From: an uncultured Verrucomicrobiae bacterium
GTDB taxonomy: Bacteria > Verrucomicrobiota > Verrucomicrobiia > Limisphaerales > Palsa-1400
DNA: 64,000 bases
Assembly (NCBI GenBank): GCA_963707025.1
Contig: CAVPOM010000005.1
Location: forward strand, 128,001 to 192,000
Reading direction: 5' to 3'
Position numbers and translations under genes: made by a program. Positions 10,623 to 19,545 of this stretch are shown here, piece by piece (the first letter of the stretch is position 1; each line of letters begins with the position of its first letter). Under the pieces are notes generated by a model. It did no database searches and was not told the DNA's origin. It saw nothing but the letters and a program-made list of their open reading frames with translations.

Positions 10623-12289
10623 CAGCCTGTCGGACTTAGGCGGGAGAATAAATTGACGGAGTTTGAATTGACTGGCGGTTTGAGCAGTCAATGCAAGGCA
10701 TGCCTGCGCGATTCGTCACCATTGATTACGATACGCCCCTGCTTTTGCCTCCGAACCTGCGCGACTGGGTGCCGGTGGGTCACTTGGCCCACTTCATCCT
10801 GGACGTAGTCGAGGAGTTGGATTTGCGTCAGGTTCGGGTCAACGAGCGGGGCACTGGGAGTGAGCAGTATCCGCCGCCGATGCTGTTGGCGCTGTTGCTC
10901 TACTGCTATGCCACCGGGGTATTTAGCTCGCGGCGTATTGAGCAAGCCACTTTGGACAGCGTGCCGGTGCGGATGATCTGCGGGGATACGCATCCGGACC
11001 ACGACACGATTTGCACGTTTCGGCGGGAGAACAAGGCCTTGGTGCAGGAGAGCTTCGTGCGCGTGTTGGAACTGGCCCAAGCGTTGAAGTTTCTGCAGGT
11101 GGGCCAGATCACCGTGGCGGTGGATGGGACCAAGGTGCTGGCCAACGCCAGCAAGCACGCGGCGGTCAGTTATGAGCATGCGGGCAAGACGATCCAGCAG
11201 TTGGAATTAGAGGTCAAAGAACTGCTGGCCAAAGCGGAGCAGGCCGACAGCACGCCGCTGGAAGAGGGGTTGACGATTCCGCAAGAAGTGCAACGGCGGC
11301 AAGAGCGCAAGGCCAAGCTGGCGGCGGCGCGGGCCGAGATTGAAGCGCGGGTCAAAGCCCGAGCAGCGGCGGAGATGGCCGAATACCAGGCCAAATTGGC
11401 CGAAAGGGAGGCCCAAAAAGACCGGGGAGAGAAGCCGCGCGGCCCTGAACCCAAGGCCCCCAGCTCAGAGCCCAAGCCTTCCGAGCAGTATAACTTTACC
11501 GACCCGCAGAGCCGGATCATGAAGGCGGGCAACGGCCAGCATTTTGAACAGAGTTACAATGCGCAGGCGGCCGTGGAGGTGGATAGCCGGTTGATTGTGG
11601 GCCAGCGGGTCAGCCAAGCGCCCAACGATAAACAGGAGTTGGTTCCCACCCTGAAGACCATTGCCTCACCGGTGGAGTCGGTGGCCGCGGTATTGACCGA
11701 CAGCGGATTTTACAGCGAAGCGGCGGTCCAGGCCGTGGAACGAACAGGCGAAGCTCAGCCTACTGGCACGATTGTCTATGCGGCAGTCGAGAAAAAGGAG
11801 CACCATCGCACCGTGGGCGATCTGGAGCGAAAGCCGGAGTCCGACGCACCGGGGCCGCAGGCCAGCACCAGCGAGGTGATGAAACACCGGCTGCGCACGG
11901 CGCAGGGTCGAGCCAGATACAAATTGCGGCAGCAGACGGTGGAACCGGTGTTTGGGATCATCAAGAGCGTCTTGGGCTTTCGACAGTTCCTGTTGCGAGG
12001 TCTGCAGAAAGTGGAGTTGGAATGGCAGTTGGTCTGCCTGGCCTATAACCTCAAACGGCTACATCGGATGGGCGCAAAGCTTCCCGGCGGCGGGATAAAA
12101 GTCGAACGCAGACCCCACCGGCTCGGCCAAGCACTCCGCCGAGAAGCTCCAGGGAAATCTTCAGAGGGTGAAAAAGCCGGCGAAATTGAGACAAAAGAAA
12201 TTGTTGCTTCTTTTTGAACACAATCCCGCTGCCGCCCGTCTCATTTGGATTCCTCAACAGCCAAAGTCAAATTCCAGTCCGACAGGCTG
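10623..12289 (+). mobile_element. IS1182-family insertion sequence with 14-bp terminal inverted repeats and CTAG target duplication
   Basis: IR CAGCCTGTCGGACT (10623-10636) / AGTCCGACAGGCTG (12276-12289), flanked by CTAG at 10619-10622 and 12290-12293. Removing it restores a 37-bp spacer. Confidence 0.93.
10691..12217 (+). CDS. IS1182-family DDE transposase (C-terminal tail possibly extended by a frameshift)
   Basis: LLLPPNLRDWVP.GHLA, YPPPMLLALLLY, SSRRIE, PDHDTI..FR, VDGTK, TDPQSRIM, YNAQAAV, DSGFYS, VEPVFG.IK. Confidence 0.93.
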   Translation: MQGMPARFVTIDYDTPLLLPPNLRDWVPVGHLAHFILDVVEELDLRQVRVNERGTGSEQYPPPMLLALLLYCYATGVFSSRRIEQATLDSVPVRMICGDTHPDHDTICTFRRENKALVQESFVRVLELAQALKFLQVGQITVAVDGTKVLANASKHAAVSYEHAGKTIQQLELEVKELLAKAEQADSTPLEEGLTIPQEVQRRQERKAKLAAARAEIEARVKARAAAEMAEYQAKLAEREAQKDRGEKPRGPEPKAPSSEPKPSEQYNFTDPQSRIMKAGNGQHFEQSYNAQAAVEVDSRLIVGQRVSQAPNDKQELVPTLKTIASPVESVAAVLTDSGFYSEAAVQAVERTGEAQPTGTIVYAAVEKKEHHRTVGDLERKPESDAPGPQASTSEVMKHRLRTAQGRARYKLRQQTVEPVFGIIKSVLGFRQFLLRGLQKVELEWQLVCLAYNLKRLHRMGAKLPGGGIKVERRPHRLGQALRREAPGKSSEGEKAGEIETKEIVASF

Positions 12290-14011
12290 CTAGGGAGCCG
12301 CACAACATCACAGACGCTTCAACGGGGCCGCGCCCGCGCGGGCGCGGAATGGACCCGCCAGTGGCGCAAGGCCGGACTGGCGCGTTAGATGCTTCAACGG
12401 GGCCGCGCCCGCGCGGGCGCGGAATGATGCCGGCAGTCGAACGCCTTCCGCGCTCATCGACGCTTCAACGGGGCCGCGCCCGCGCGGGCGCGGAATGGAA
12501 TGCGAGCGAGCATGTGACGAGCATGGCAAGCTTCAACGGGGCCGCGCCCGCGCGGGCGCGGAATGGCGATCGGCGCCATCGCCCATCTCGCATTGGCATG
12601 GCTTCAACGGGGCCGCGCCCGCGCGGGCGCGGAATGTACGGTGCCAATATTTCAACGGACGGCCACGCGGCCATGGACAGTATGCTTCAACGGGGCCGCG
12701 CCCGCGCGGGCGCGGAATGCGGTCCGTCGCGGCCCTGCCCAATCATCGCCGAAGCTTCAACGGGGCCGCGCCCGCGCGGGCGCGGAATGCCGCGCAGCAT
12801 CCGCCAGCCGCGCCCGTGCCGGTAATGCTCCGCTTCAACGGGGCCGCGCCCGCGCGGGCGCGGAATGGACGTCGCACGCAGTTGACGCCGGCCGCCGGCG
12901 CGATGACGCGAATGCGCAGTGCTTCAACGGGGCCGCGCCCGCGCGGGCGCGGAATGCGTCTGACGCGTGGCTACTGGCGAGCAGGACGCGTGCAGGCTTC
13001 AACGGGGCCGCGCCCGCGCGGGCGCGGAATGCCGGTCGACGGCTGCGCGCCTAGACAGCTCGCCGCAGCTTCAACGGGGCCGCGCCCGCGCGGGCGCGGA
13101 ATGATGCTGCGCGCCAAGGCCGACGATCCGCAGCTCATGGTGCTTCAACGGGGCCGCGCCCGCGCGGGCGCGGAATGCGAGGCAGCCAGCATCGGTCGCA
13201 TCAGCCGCAGCCTGGCGCTTCAACGGGGCCGCGCCCGCGCGGGCGCGGAATGCGCGCCGTCGCATGCTCGACGCTGCATGCCGCATCGCTTCAACGGGGC
13301 CGCGCCCGCGCGGGCGCGGAATGCGACGCCATCGTCGCGGCGCATGCGTCACCTGCGCTTCAACGGGGCCGCGCCCGCGCGGGCGCGGAATGTGTCGAAG
13401 TGCGCCAGCGCGGCTTCAACGGGGCCGCGCTCGCGCGGGCGCGGAATGCTGCGATGGGCAGCCTGCACGCTTCAACGGGGCCGCGCCCGCGCGGGCGCGG
13501 AATGGCCGACCGTGTCGACTGGCCAGCCGTGGCGGACGCTTCAACGGGGCCGCGCCCGCGCGGGCGCGGAATGATGCCTCGCCACGCGAGCACGCCGCGC
13601 CACGTCAAGGCTTCAACGGGGCCGCGCCCGCGCGGGCGCGGAATGTACGTGGACGGCCGCTGGACATCAGCGCTCGATAGTGAGCTTCAACGGGGCCGCG
13701 CCCGCGCGGGCGCGGAATGCAGCGCTGCGGCATGCCTCGCCAGCCGGCGACCGTCTCGCCGGCTTCAACGGGGCCGCGCCCGCGCGGGCGCGGAATGCGA
13801 ATGGCTGGCCGCGGCCAGCGCAGTGGCCAAGCTGCTTCAACGGGGCCGCGCCCGCGCGGGCGCGGAATGCTGGCGCGAGGCCCAGCTGGCGCGCTGCGAT
13901 ACGCGCTTCAACGGGGCCGCGCCCGCGCGGGCGCGGAATGGCAATTGGCTGCTGGCCTTGCGCGCAGGCGGATGCGCTTCAACGGGGCCGCGCCCGCGCG
14001 GGCGCGGAATG

Positions 14012-14215
14012 TTCTCTCTCGTAACTCTTTCCAGCGCAAGCTCGCAACGACTGATTTGCGATTGCCTGCGTCCATTTCGTTTCCATTCTTTTCCTGCTGT
14101 GGATCTGTCTCACACTATTCGTTCAATATCAAGCGTTTACGTCATGCGAGCACCAGCGGGGTTTTCCGCGTCACCTCGCCGCTCGCAGGTTCGATTATCA
14201 AAGAACACCAAAGTC
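14012..14215 (-). promoter_or_regulatory. CRISPR leader with IHF-consensus site and short inverted repeat
   Basis: AT-richer non-coding stretch between the array and cas2. TATCAAGCGTTTA (14127-14139) fits WATCAANNNNTTR. TGCGAGC (14145-14151) / GCTCGCA (14181-14187) form an inverted repeat. Confidence 0.7.
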
Positions 14216-14506
14216 TCACACCACATAACACGGCGCGTCCAGTTTCACATAGGGCAGTCCCAACGCCGTAATTACCCGATCCCCTCGCCCCTCCGCTGGC
14301 CCCAGCCCAACAAAAATTACTTGATCCTCATCGTGGTTGATGATTTCGGTCAAAGCAGATTCCAGTTCAATCTTCTCCGACGGGTTCAGATCGCACTCGA
14401 ACACCGAAAATTGCAGGTGGTCGCCAAAATTGCTGCAAGTCTTGAATACCTTCCGCAACCGTTTGTCGTCTGCAATATCGTAACACACCAAATACGTAGT
14501 TCTCAT
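14216..14506 (-). CDS. cas2: CRISPR-associated endoribonuclease Cas2
   Basis: YLVCYDIADDKRLRKVFK...GDHLQFSVFEC. Confidence 0.95.
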   Translation of the reverse strand: MRTTYLVCYDIADDKRLRKVFKTCSNFGDHLQFSVFECDLNPSEKIELESALTEIINHDEDQVIFVGLGPAEGRGDRVITALGLPYVKLDAPCYVV

Positions 14507-14509
14507 GGG

Positions 14510-16642
14510 TCACCTGGTCAACAATGGAATGTATTCAGCGATTTCGCCGGTCAGGGTTTTTGCCAGCAGTCGCGCCTGCAATTCCAGCGCCCGACGATAG
14601 CTGACTTTGTAGTCGAACAACGGATGCGTGATCAACGAACTCATGCGCTGCTCGTACATCTGGAAAAAGCGCTTCCGCCCGGGTGCGGTCAGATTCACTG
14701 CTTGGCCGGCCCGCACAAAATCCTTTTCCGTGACGACGTGATTGTTGATGCAACTCAACACTGTGGACTCCGCCACCAACGGCCTCATTTCTTCCATCAA
14801 ATCCAACCCCAACGCCGGCCGCCCAAACCGGGGTTGGTGGTAAAACCCAATGTACGGGTCAAAACCGACTGCCAAGGCGGCGAGCGTGCAATCCTTGCTC
14901 AACATGCTATACGCCAGGGAAAGCATCGCGTTGACGGGGTCAGTCGGCGGCCGGCGGTTGCGATTGGTGAAGTTGAAGTTGAACGCAAGTTGTTTGGGAT
15001 CTTTGCCAGGCATTTCGAGGCCGGGCAGGTCGTCTTCCACCTTGATCATGCCGCTGAACTGCTGGAAATACTGGCTCGCAGCGGCCCCCTCGATGCCGAG
15101 GAGTTCCTCGACTGAAGCCGCCGCCAGCGCATCCTCGGATGCCCGCTTCAGTTTCAGGATGATTGGTTCCGGAGGCTCCAGGTGATTGCGCATAAGGAGG
15201 GTGCGGTGGTTGCGGATTTTTCCATGGACAAATCGTCTGGCGAGCGAAAGGCACATCGCCTCATCTCGCGCCAGCCGAAATTGCTCCATCCGCAAGAACA
15301 CATTCTTCAACGAGTGCCCGCGCGTGATGCCGTAAAACCAGCCGCCCATCGAAAAGTAAGTGATCGGGATTTCCTGGTCGCAAAGCGATTGAATGGCCTG
15401 AGTCGAGATCTGGATGTTTCCGAACAGCGCAACATGTGAAAGATCGCGCATCCGCACTTCCTCGATGACCCTGTCCTTTTCTTTGACCGTCAACACCTCG
15501 TCTTTGCATCCCACACGATAACCCTGGGTGTTCAGATAAAGCGGGCGGGTGTCGTCGCGGGCGGCGATCAATCTCCTGGGCGGCTTGCCCGCCACGGCAG
15601 ATTTATCGTCTGGTGCGGACGGATTCTCCAGCAAAGCCGCCTCAAGATCCGGGGGAATTTGCGCCAGCATCCGCGTTTCGTCCGGCAGGCAAACCGGCGC
15701 AAGCGAACACCGCACGCATTTTGGAGAATTGACCAATGGCTTCGGGATTGGCCCGGTGACAATCCGTTTGGCTTCCCCAATGCTTTGCAAAATCCAGCTT
15801 TCCAGTTCGGGCGTGATCGGCAGGCGAACGCGCTGCTTCGCGGCGCGATAATAGATAATGCCATCGTTGCAGGTGTAGCCGTTGTCACGCAGGATGAGCG
15901 CCTGCAATCCAAGCTGCATTTTGTCCGTGTCCCACAGTTCGTTTGCCTCTTCCCCCTCTTTGGGCGCACCCGCCTTGTAATCAACCGGACAGACCTCCAA
16001 CGCGGTGAGCAAATCCCCTTTTTCCGCCTTGGTTTCAACGAGGTCCATCTTTGCCACGACGCCCAACCGCTCTGATCCCATTTGGACGGAACGCGAATGG
16101 ATTGTCTCCGGCTCGGCGTTCTTGGTTTCAGCCTCCTTGCTGGTGGATTCAGTCGCCGCTGATGTCTCCTTTTCCGCACTTGGCTTGTCGGCGTCCGCCT
16201 TCCGCTTGGCTTTTGGCAGGGCGCCGCTGCCCGAATCAACGCGCTGGTGGATCGCGCCTCCCCGCAACGTGTCCGCGCTTTCGACGAAAACCCCCTCGAC
16301 GAATTCGTAATAGAAGAGCCGCTGGCAATACACGAATTCGTTCAGCATCCGCGCCGGAATTTGCTGCGGCTCAGACTCTTGGCGGGAAGGCGATGGCGGA
16401 GACTGAGAGATTGCGGGCGGCGGAGTTTCAACCTGAGCTTGCGCAAGACTGGCCAATTGAGCTTCAACAGCCTCCACCCGCAAAGTTATCTTCATCGGCT
16501 GCGGTTCGTCGGTCTGCCGGCGCAACCCCGGTTGGTCACTGGTTCTTGCGCCGCCTGCTCCGGGAGTAATGCCTCTTGGCACCACGGTTATTTCCGGTTC
16601 TGTCGAACGTGATCCTGCGAGTATTGGTTTTTTTTCGTCCAT
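14510..16642 (-). CDS. cas1: Cas4/Cas1 fusion protein (type I-G style)
   Basis: Cas4 part: NEFVYCQRLFYY, PVDYKAG, PKCVRCSLAPVCLPDE. Cas1 part: LLGIEGAAA, RNRRPPTDPVNAMLS, GFYHQPRFGRPALGLDLMEE. Confidence 0.95.
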   Translation of the reverse strand: MDEKKPILAGSRSTEPEITVVPRGITPGAGGARTSDQPGLRRQTDEPQPMKITLRVEAVEAQLASLAQAQVETPPPAISQSPPSPSRQESEPQQIPARMLNEFVYCQRLFYYEFVEGVFVESADTLRGGAIHQRVDSGSGALPKAKRKADADKPSAEKETSAATESTSKEAETKNAEPETIHSRSVQMGSERLGVVAKMDLVETKAEKGDLLTALEVCPVDYKAGAPKEGEEANELWDTDKMQLGLQALILRDNGYTCNDGIIYYRAAKQRVRLPITPELESWILQSIGEAKRIVTGPIPKPLVNSPKCVRCSLAPVCLPDETRMLAQIPPDLEAALLENPSAPDDKSAVAGKPPRRLIAARDDTRPLYLNTQGYRVGCKDEVLTVKEKDRVIEEVRMRDLSHVALFGNIQISTQAIQSLCDQEIPITYFSMGGWFYGITRGHSLKNVFLRMEQFRLARDEAMCLSLARRFVHGKIRNHRTLLMRNHLEPPEPIILKLKRASEDALAAASVEELLGIEGAAASQYFQQFSGMIKVEDDLPGLEMPGKDPKQLAFNFNFTNRNRRPPTDPVNAMLSLAYSMLSKDCTLAALAVGFDPYIGFYHQPRFGRPALGLDLMEEMRPLVAESTVLSCINNHVVTEKDFVRAGQAVNLTAPGRKRFFQMYEQRMSSLITHPLFDYKVSYRRALELQARLLAKTLTGEIAEYIPLLTR

Positions 16643-16645
16643 ATT

Positions 16646-18061
16646 TCACCTTCCAGCCGCCACACAGGAGTCGTGCCATGCCCTGATGCCCTTGATCACG
16701 CGCCGATGTTTAACAGCCTTGATTGTTCGATTAAGCCGCGCCGCAATTTCCTGGTCCGGCCCCGTTCCCAGCAGGGAATCTTCATCGGGCCGCCAGGCCG
16801 GTGCCGCCCTCCGCACACTCAGAATGCCCCTTTTGCCCCGGGCGCGACGGACGGTGGCCAAAGAATGTCCCGTGCGGCGAACGATTTCCTCGTCCGGCAA
16901 TTCTCCCAGTAATGACAATTCGTTGGGTTTCCAGATTTCGTAGTGGGGATTGCAGAACGGAATACCCAGGTTGAGCCGCTTATCACGCACATTTGCCAGC
17001 GACCGGTTGACCAGCTTGCCCACTTCCCGGTCTGGACGGGTGCCAAGCAACGCAATCTCCTCCTTCGTCCAATGCCGGTTATTGGGATTGTTGTTCGGCA
17101 ACCCGAGCAACCACCGCCGCCGGCGGACCCTCGACAGGGAATAGCCCAGCCTGCGCGCCACTTCTTCGTCTGTGAACTTGCCCAGCAACGCGTCCTCTTC
17201 CTCCGTCCAAGTGATATAACGTGCCCCCGGTTTGGCACGCACCCCGTTCACCGGTTGCCTTCCACGACCATCAGGCGCGACGAGCTTGACGATTTTGAAC
17301 ACAGCATCCGGCTTGGTCCGGCCCAATGCACAGCGGCGCGCTTCCACCGCTTGAAACGTGCGCCCAAACGCGAGCGCCAGTTCCTTGTCCGGCTTCGAGC
17401 CGAGTAATGCTTCCTCCTCCGGCGTCCACGGACGAGACCTGTATTTGGGCGGGATGCCCAGCTTTTTGCGCCGCCAACCCACATTCGTCAGGCTACGGCC
17501 GAGAAGCATGGCGACCTCACGATCGTTGCGCATTCCGAGAATCCAGTCGTCTTCCGGACGCCAATCCTTTTTCACCCGGATGCGCTTCTTCCAACGGCGA
17601 TGCCGCACCGTACTGACCGGACGGCCAAACTTCCGGGCCAGCACCTTGTCCGGCTGCGTCCCCAGCAACCGATCCTCCTCCTGTGTCCAGTCCGGCTGCT
17701 TTTGCCTCGCCTTGCCGCCGGCCAACTGGAGTCGCATTTTGCAAACCCGTTCGTGGCTCCAGCCGAGGATGGCGCGCAGTTCCCGGTTTGATTTCGTGGC
17801 GAACAAATGCGAGTAATGATCCTGCGGCTCCCGTTCCATGCGAAAGGGCTGCGGCGCATGTCCAACCGCTCGTTTTCCGAGCAATTGGCGCCGGTCCCGC
17901 ACGCCAAGCAACGTGCGATGCAGCTTTTCCGTCACTTCGCGGTCGGTCAATTTGCCGAGCAACGCATCCTCCTCCTTTGTCCACGGAAACTGCCGCGTCG
18001 AACGAAGCCCCTCTTCCTGGCCGATTTTCCGCTGCGGACGGGGTGGAGGCGGGGCTTTCAT
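16646..18061 (-). CDS. Tandem Myb/SANT-like HTH repeat protein (9 units of about 44 aa)
   Basis: Repeated WTxEEDxLLGxxxDxEVAxxLGRSxxxVxxRRxxLG (8 clear units, 1 degenerate). ATGA overlap with the upstream gene. Ends 3 bp before cas4/1. Confidence 0.8.
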   Translation of the reverse strand: MKAPPPPRPQRKIGQEEGLRSTRQFPWTKEEDALLGKLTDREVTEKLHRTLLGVRDRRQLLGKRAVGHAPQPFRMEREPQDHYSHLFATKSNRELRAILGWSHERVCKMRLQLAGGKARQKQPDWTQEEDRLLGTQPDKVLARKFGRPVSTVRHRRWKKRIRVKKDWRPEDDWILGMRNDREVAMLLGRSLTNVGWRRKKLGIPPKYRSRPWTPEEEALLGSKPDKELALAFGRTFQAVEARRCALGRTKPDAVFKIVKLVAPDGRGRQPVNGVRAKPGARYITWTEEEDALLGKFTDEEVARRLGYSLSRVRRRRWLLGLPNNNPNNRHWTKEEIALLGTRPDREVGKLVNRSLANVRDKRLNLGIPFCNPHYEIWKPNELSLLGELPDEEIVRRTGHSLATVRRARGKRGILSVRRAAPAWRPDEDSLLGTGPDQEIAARLNRTIKAVKHRRVIKGIRAWHDSCVAAGR

Positions 18062-18534
18062 ACAGGTAGACTCGTTGATGTTAGCTCTGGCGCTGATCCG
18101 CCTTGCGCGCGCTTGAACATTCCATAATGACGGCGAAGACGGTCAATATAGGCGCGATCCTCAAGGAGAATTTGGCGAAACAACTCCAGCAGCGCCGGAG
18201 ACAGTTTGGACTGCGTATTCAACGGGTCCAGGTCGGCGCTGGCCAACTCCCGCGCGCTCTCGCGGTCGCCGTGCAGCCATTTAGCGTAAAAATCCTCGCT
18301 CTCCCAGCCGTAATTGATCGTGGCCAGAACTTTATTGGGCCGGTCAGCGCGGCAGACCTGAAAGAGGACGCGCCGGCAGTCGCAAGTCGGCTCATTGCAA
18401 TACAATTCCAGAAACCCATATTCGCCGGCGGGCAACCCGGCGTGGGGTTCCAGGAGCCTGATCGTGCGCGTCTCGCGCGCCGCCAACTCTGGGAAACGCG
18501 AGAAAAACGGGGCCATGTGTGCAAGAGGCTTCAT
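18058..18534 (-). CDS. Hypothetical protein with Cys cluster (YCNEPTCDCRRV)
   Basis: Clean 158-aa ORF coupled to both neighbours, with a CxxxxCxC motif. Confidence 0.7.
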   Translation of the reverse strand: MKPLAHMAPFFSRFPELAARETRTIRLLEPHAGLPAGEYGFLELYCNEPTCDCRRVLFQVCRADRPNKVLATINYGWESEDFYAKWLHGDRESARELASADLDPLNTQSKLSPALLELFRQILLEDRAYIDRLRRHYGMFKRAQGGSAPELTSTSLPV

Positions 18535-18540
18535 TGTAAC

Positions 18541-18787
18541 TCACTCGCAAAACAGGCGTCGAAACAACTTCTTCGGACAGTTGCCGGCCTTCCTGAGACA
18601 GCACCACCGATTTGGCCTTCTTTTTCGGATCAGAAATCAGGCCCTTCTTGTGGAGGCGGTCCAGAGCATCCCAATCGTGACTCTTCCACGCCCGGGTAAG
18701 CGCCAATTCGTCCTTTCCCTCGGTAAAGCTGGTCAAATAGAGCAACGCCAGCACCGCGTCATCAATTTTGTCGAGGTTGGGTTTCAT
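18541..18787 (-). CDS. Small DUF6429-like winged-helix protein; frameshift near the 3' end
   Basis: KIDDAVLALLYL...RAWKSHDWDALDRLHKKGLISDPKKKAKSVVLS.EG. The shifted frame ends LFRRLFCE*. Confidence 0.7.
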
Positions 18788-18797
18788 AGTTGTGAAA

Positions 18798-19545
18798 TCA
18801 TTGGACGGTTTCCGTGGCAACTGGAACAAACTGGCCAAGACCGAAGTGGCAGGAATGGCCGAGAACGAGGGGGCCGCAGATCGGTTTTTCGGTTTGGAAC
18901 TCAACGGTGAAAGCCAGTCGCCTGGACGGCGAAAGCCTGTTGATTGCGCAGTGTTTAGCGATCCGCACTCGAATATCACCCCATCGAACGATCCGCACTT
19001 CCCGGGGCTTGCAATTTGGAACCTGTTCCAACTCCTGGCACAGTTGGTTTTCTGGTAGGAGATGACGCTTCCCATGTGTTCCCCAAAATTGACGTAGCGG
19101 TACATACGGCGTTGCGCTAATCCAACGAGTCGCAAGTTGCCGGAAACACTGGTCATCTGTGTCGGCAAGTTCCAGGAAAATCCTAGTGGAAGGGCCATTC
19201 CACTGTAGTGCCTTGACAATTCTGAGTGCCTCTATCTCCTCTTTGGAAAACCGCAGATGTGGGTCTCACGAGAACAATTCCGACAATCGCTCCGTCCGCA
19301 GCGGGTTGGGGCAAGTAGAAAGCGTGATGATGGCCCCTATCTGGTTGGCCGTCGGGTTGATGGCCGGTCAACAGAAACGAGTCCTTACTCCCGGTTGTCG
19401 CATGAAAAGCTGATAAGGCCGCTGCGCGAAATGCTTCAGCCACCGCGACGGTAGAACGCACCGGTGGGCGACCCTGAGCGAAGGTGAATCGTACTATTTG
19501 ACCCGAGGGTTGTGTGAATTCTGTGGCCGGTTTGAGAAGGCTCAT
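18798..19545 (-). CDS. csb2: Stand-alone C-terminal (Cas6-like) half of type I-G Csb2, about 248 aa; one frameshift near 19265
   Basis: Frame 1: VAEAFRAAAL...LTGH..DG....HHHAFYLP. Frame 2: RWISATPYV...ICGPLVLGHSCHFGLGQFVP. GGAGGAG RBS upstream and ATG overlapping the cas3 stop. Confidence 0.8.

Larger units (their letters stand above)
10206..14011 (-). CRISPR. CRISPR array, 30 repeats of 36 bp (plus strand GCTTCAACGGGGCCGCGCCCGCGCGGGCGCGGAATG) and 29 spacers, split by an IS after repeat 6
   Basis: 6 repeats at 10206-10607 and 24 at 12316-14011, counted by eye. One variant repeat at 13413. The minus-strand repeat ends in TTGAAGC. The leader and cas2 lie at the high-coordinate end. Confidence 0.97.

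Noticed and set aside
10242..13975. Self-targeting spacers within the window
   Set aside because: No match was noticed by eye. An alignment is required, and the leader-side spacers are unreliable.
10264..15115. Long ORFs with repeated peptides (LQRGRARAGAE, FNGAAPARARN, ASTGPRPRGRG)
   Set aside because: They are translations of the stop-free 36-bp CRISPR repeat, not repeat proteins.
18392..19219. 275-aa ORF as a single protein
   Set aside because: It is an off-frame read of the csb2-like gene running into the real DUF6429-like gene that starts at 18787.
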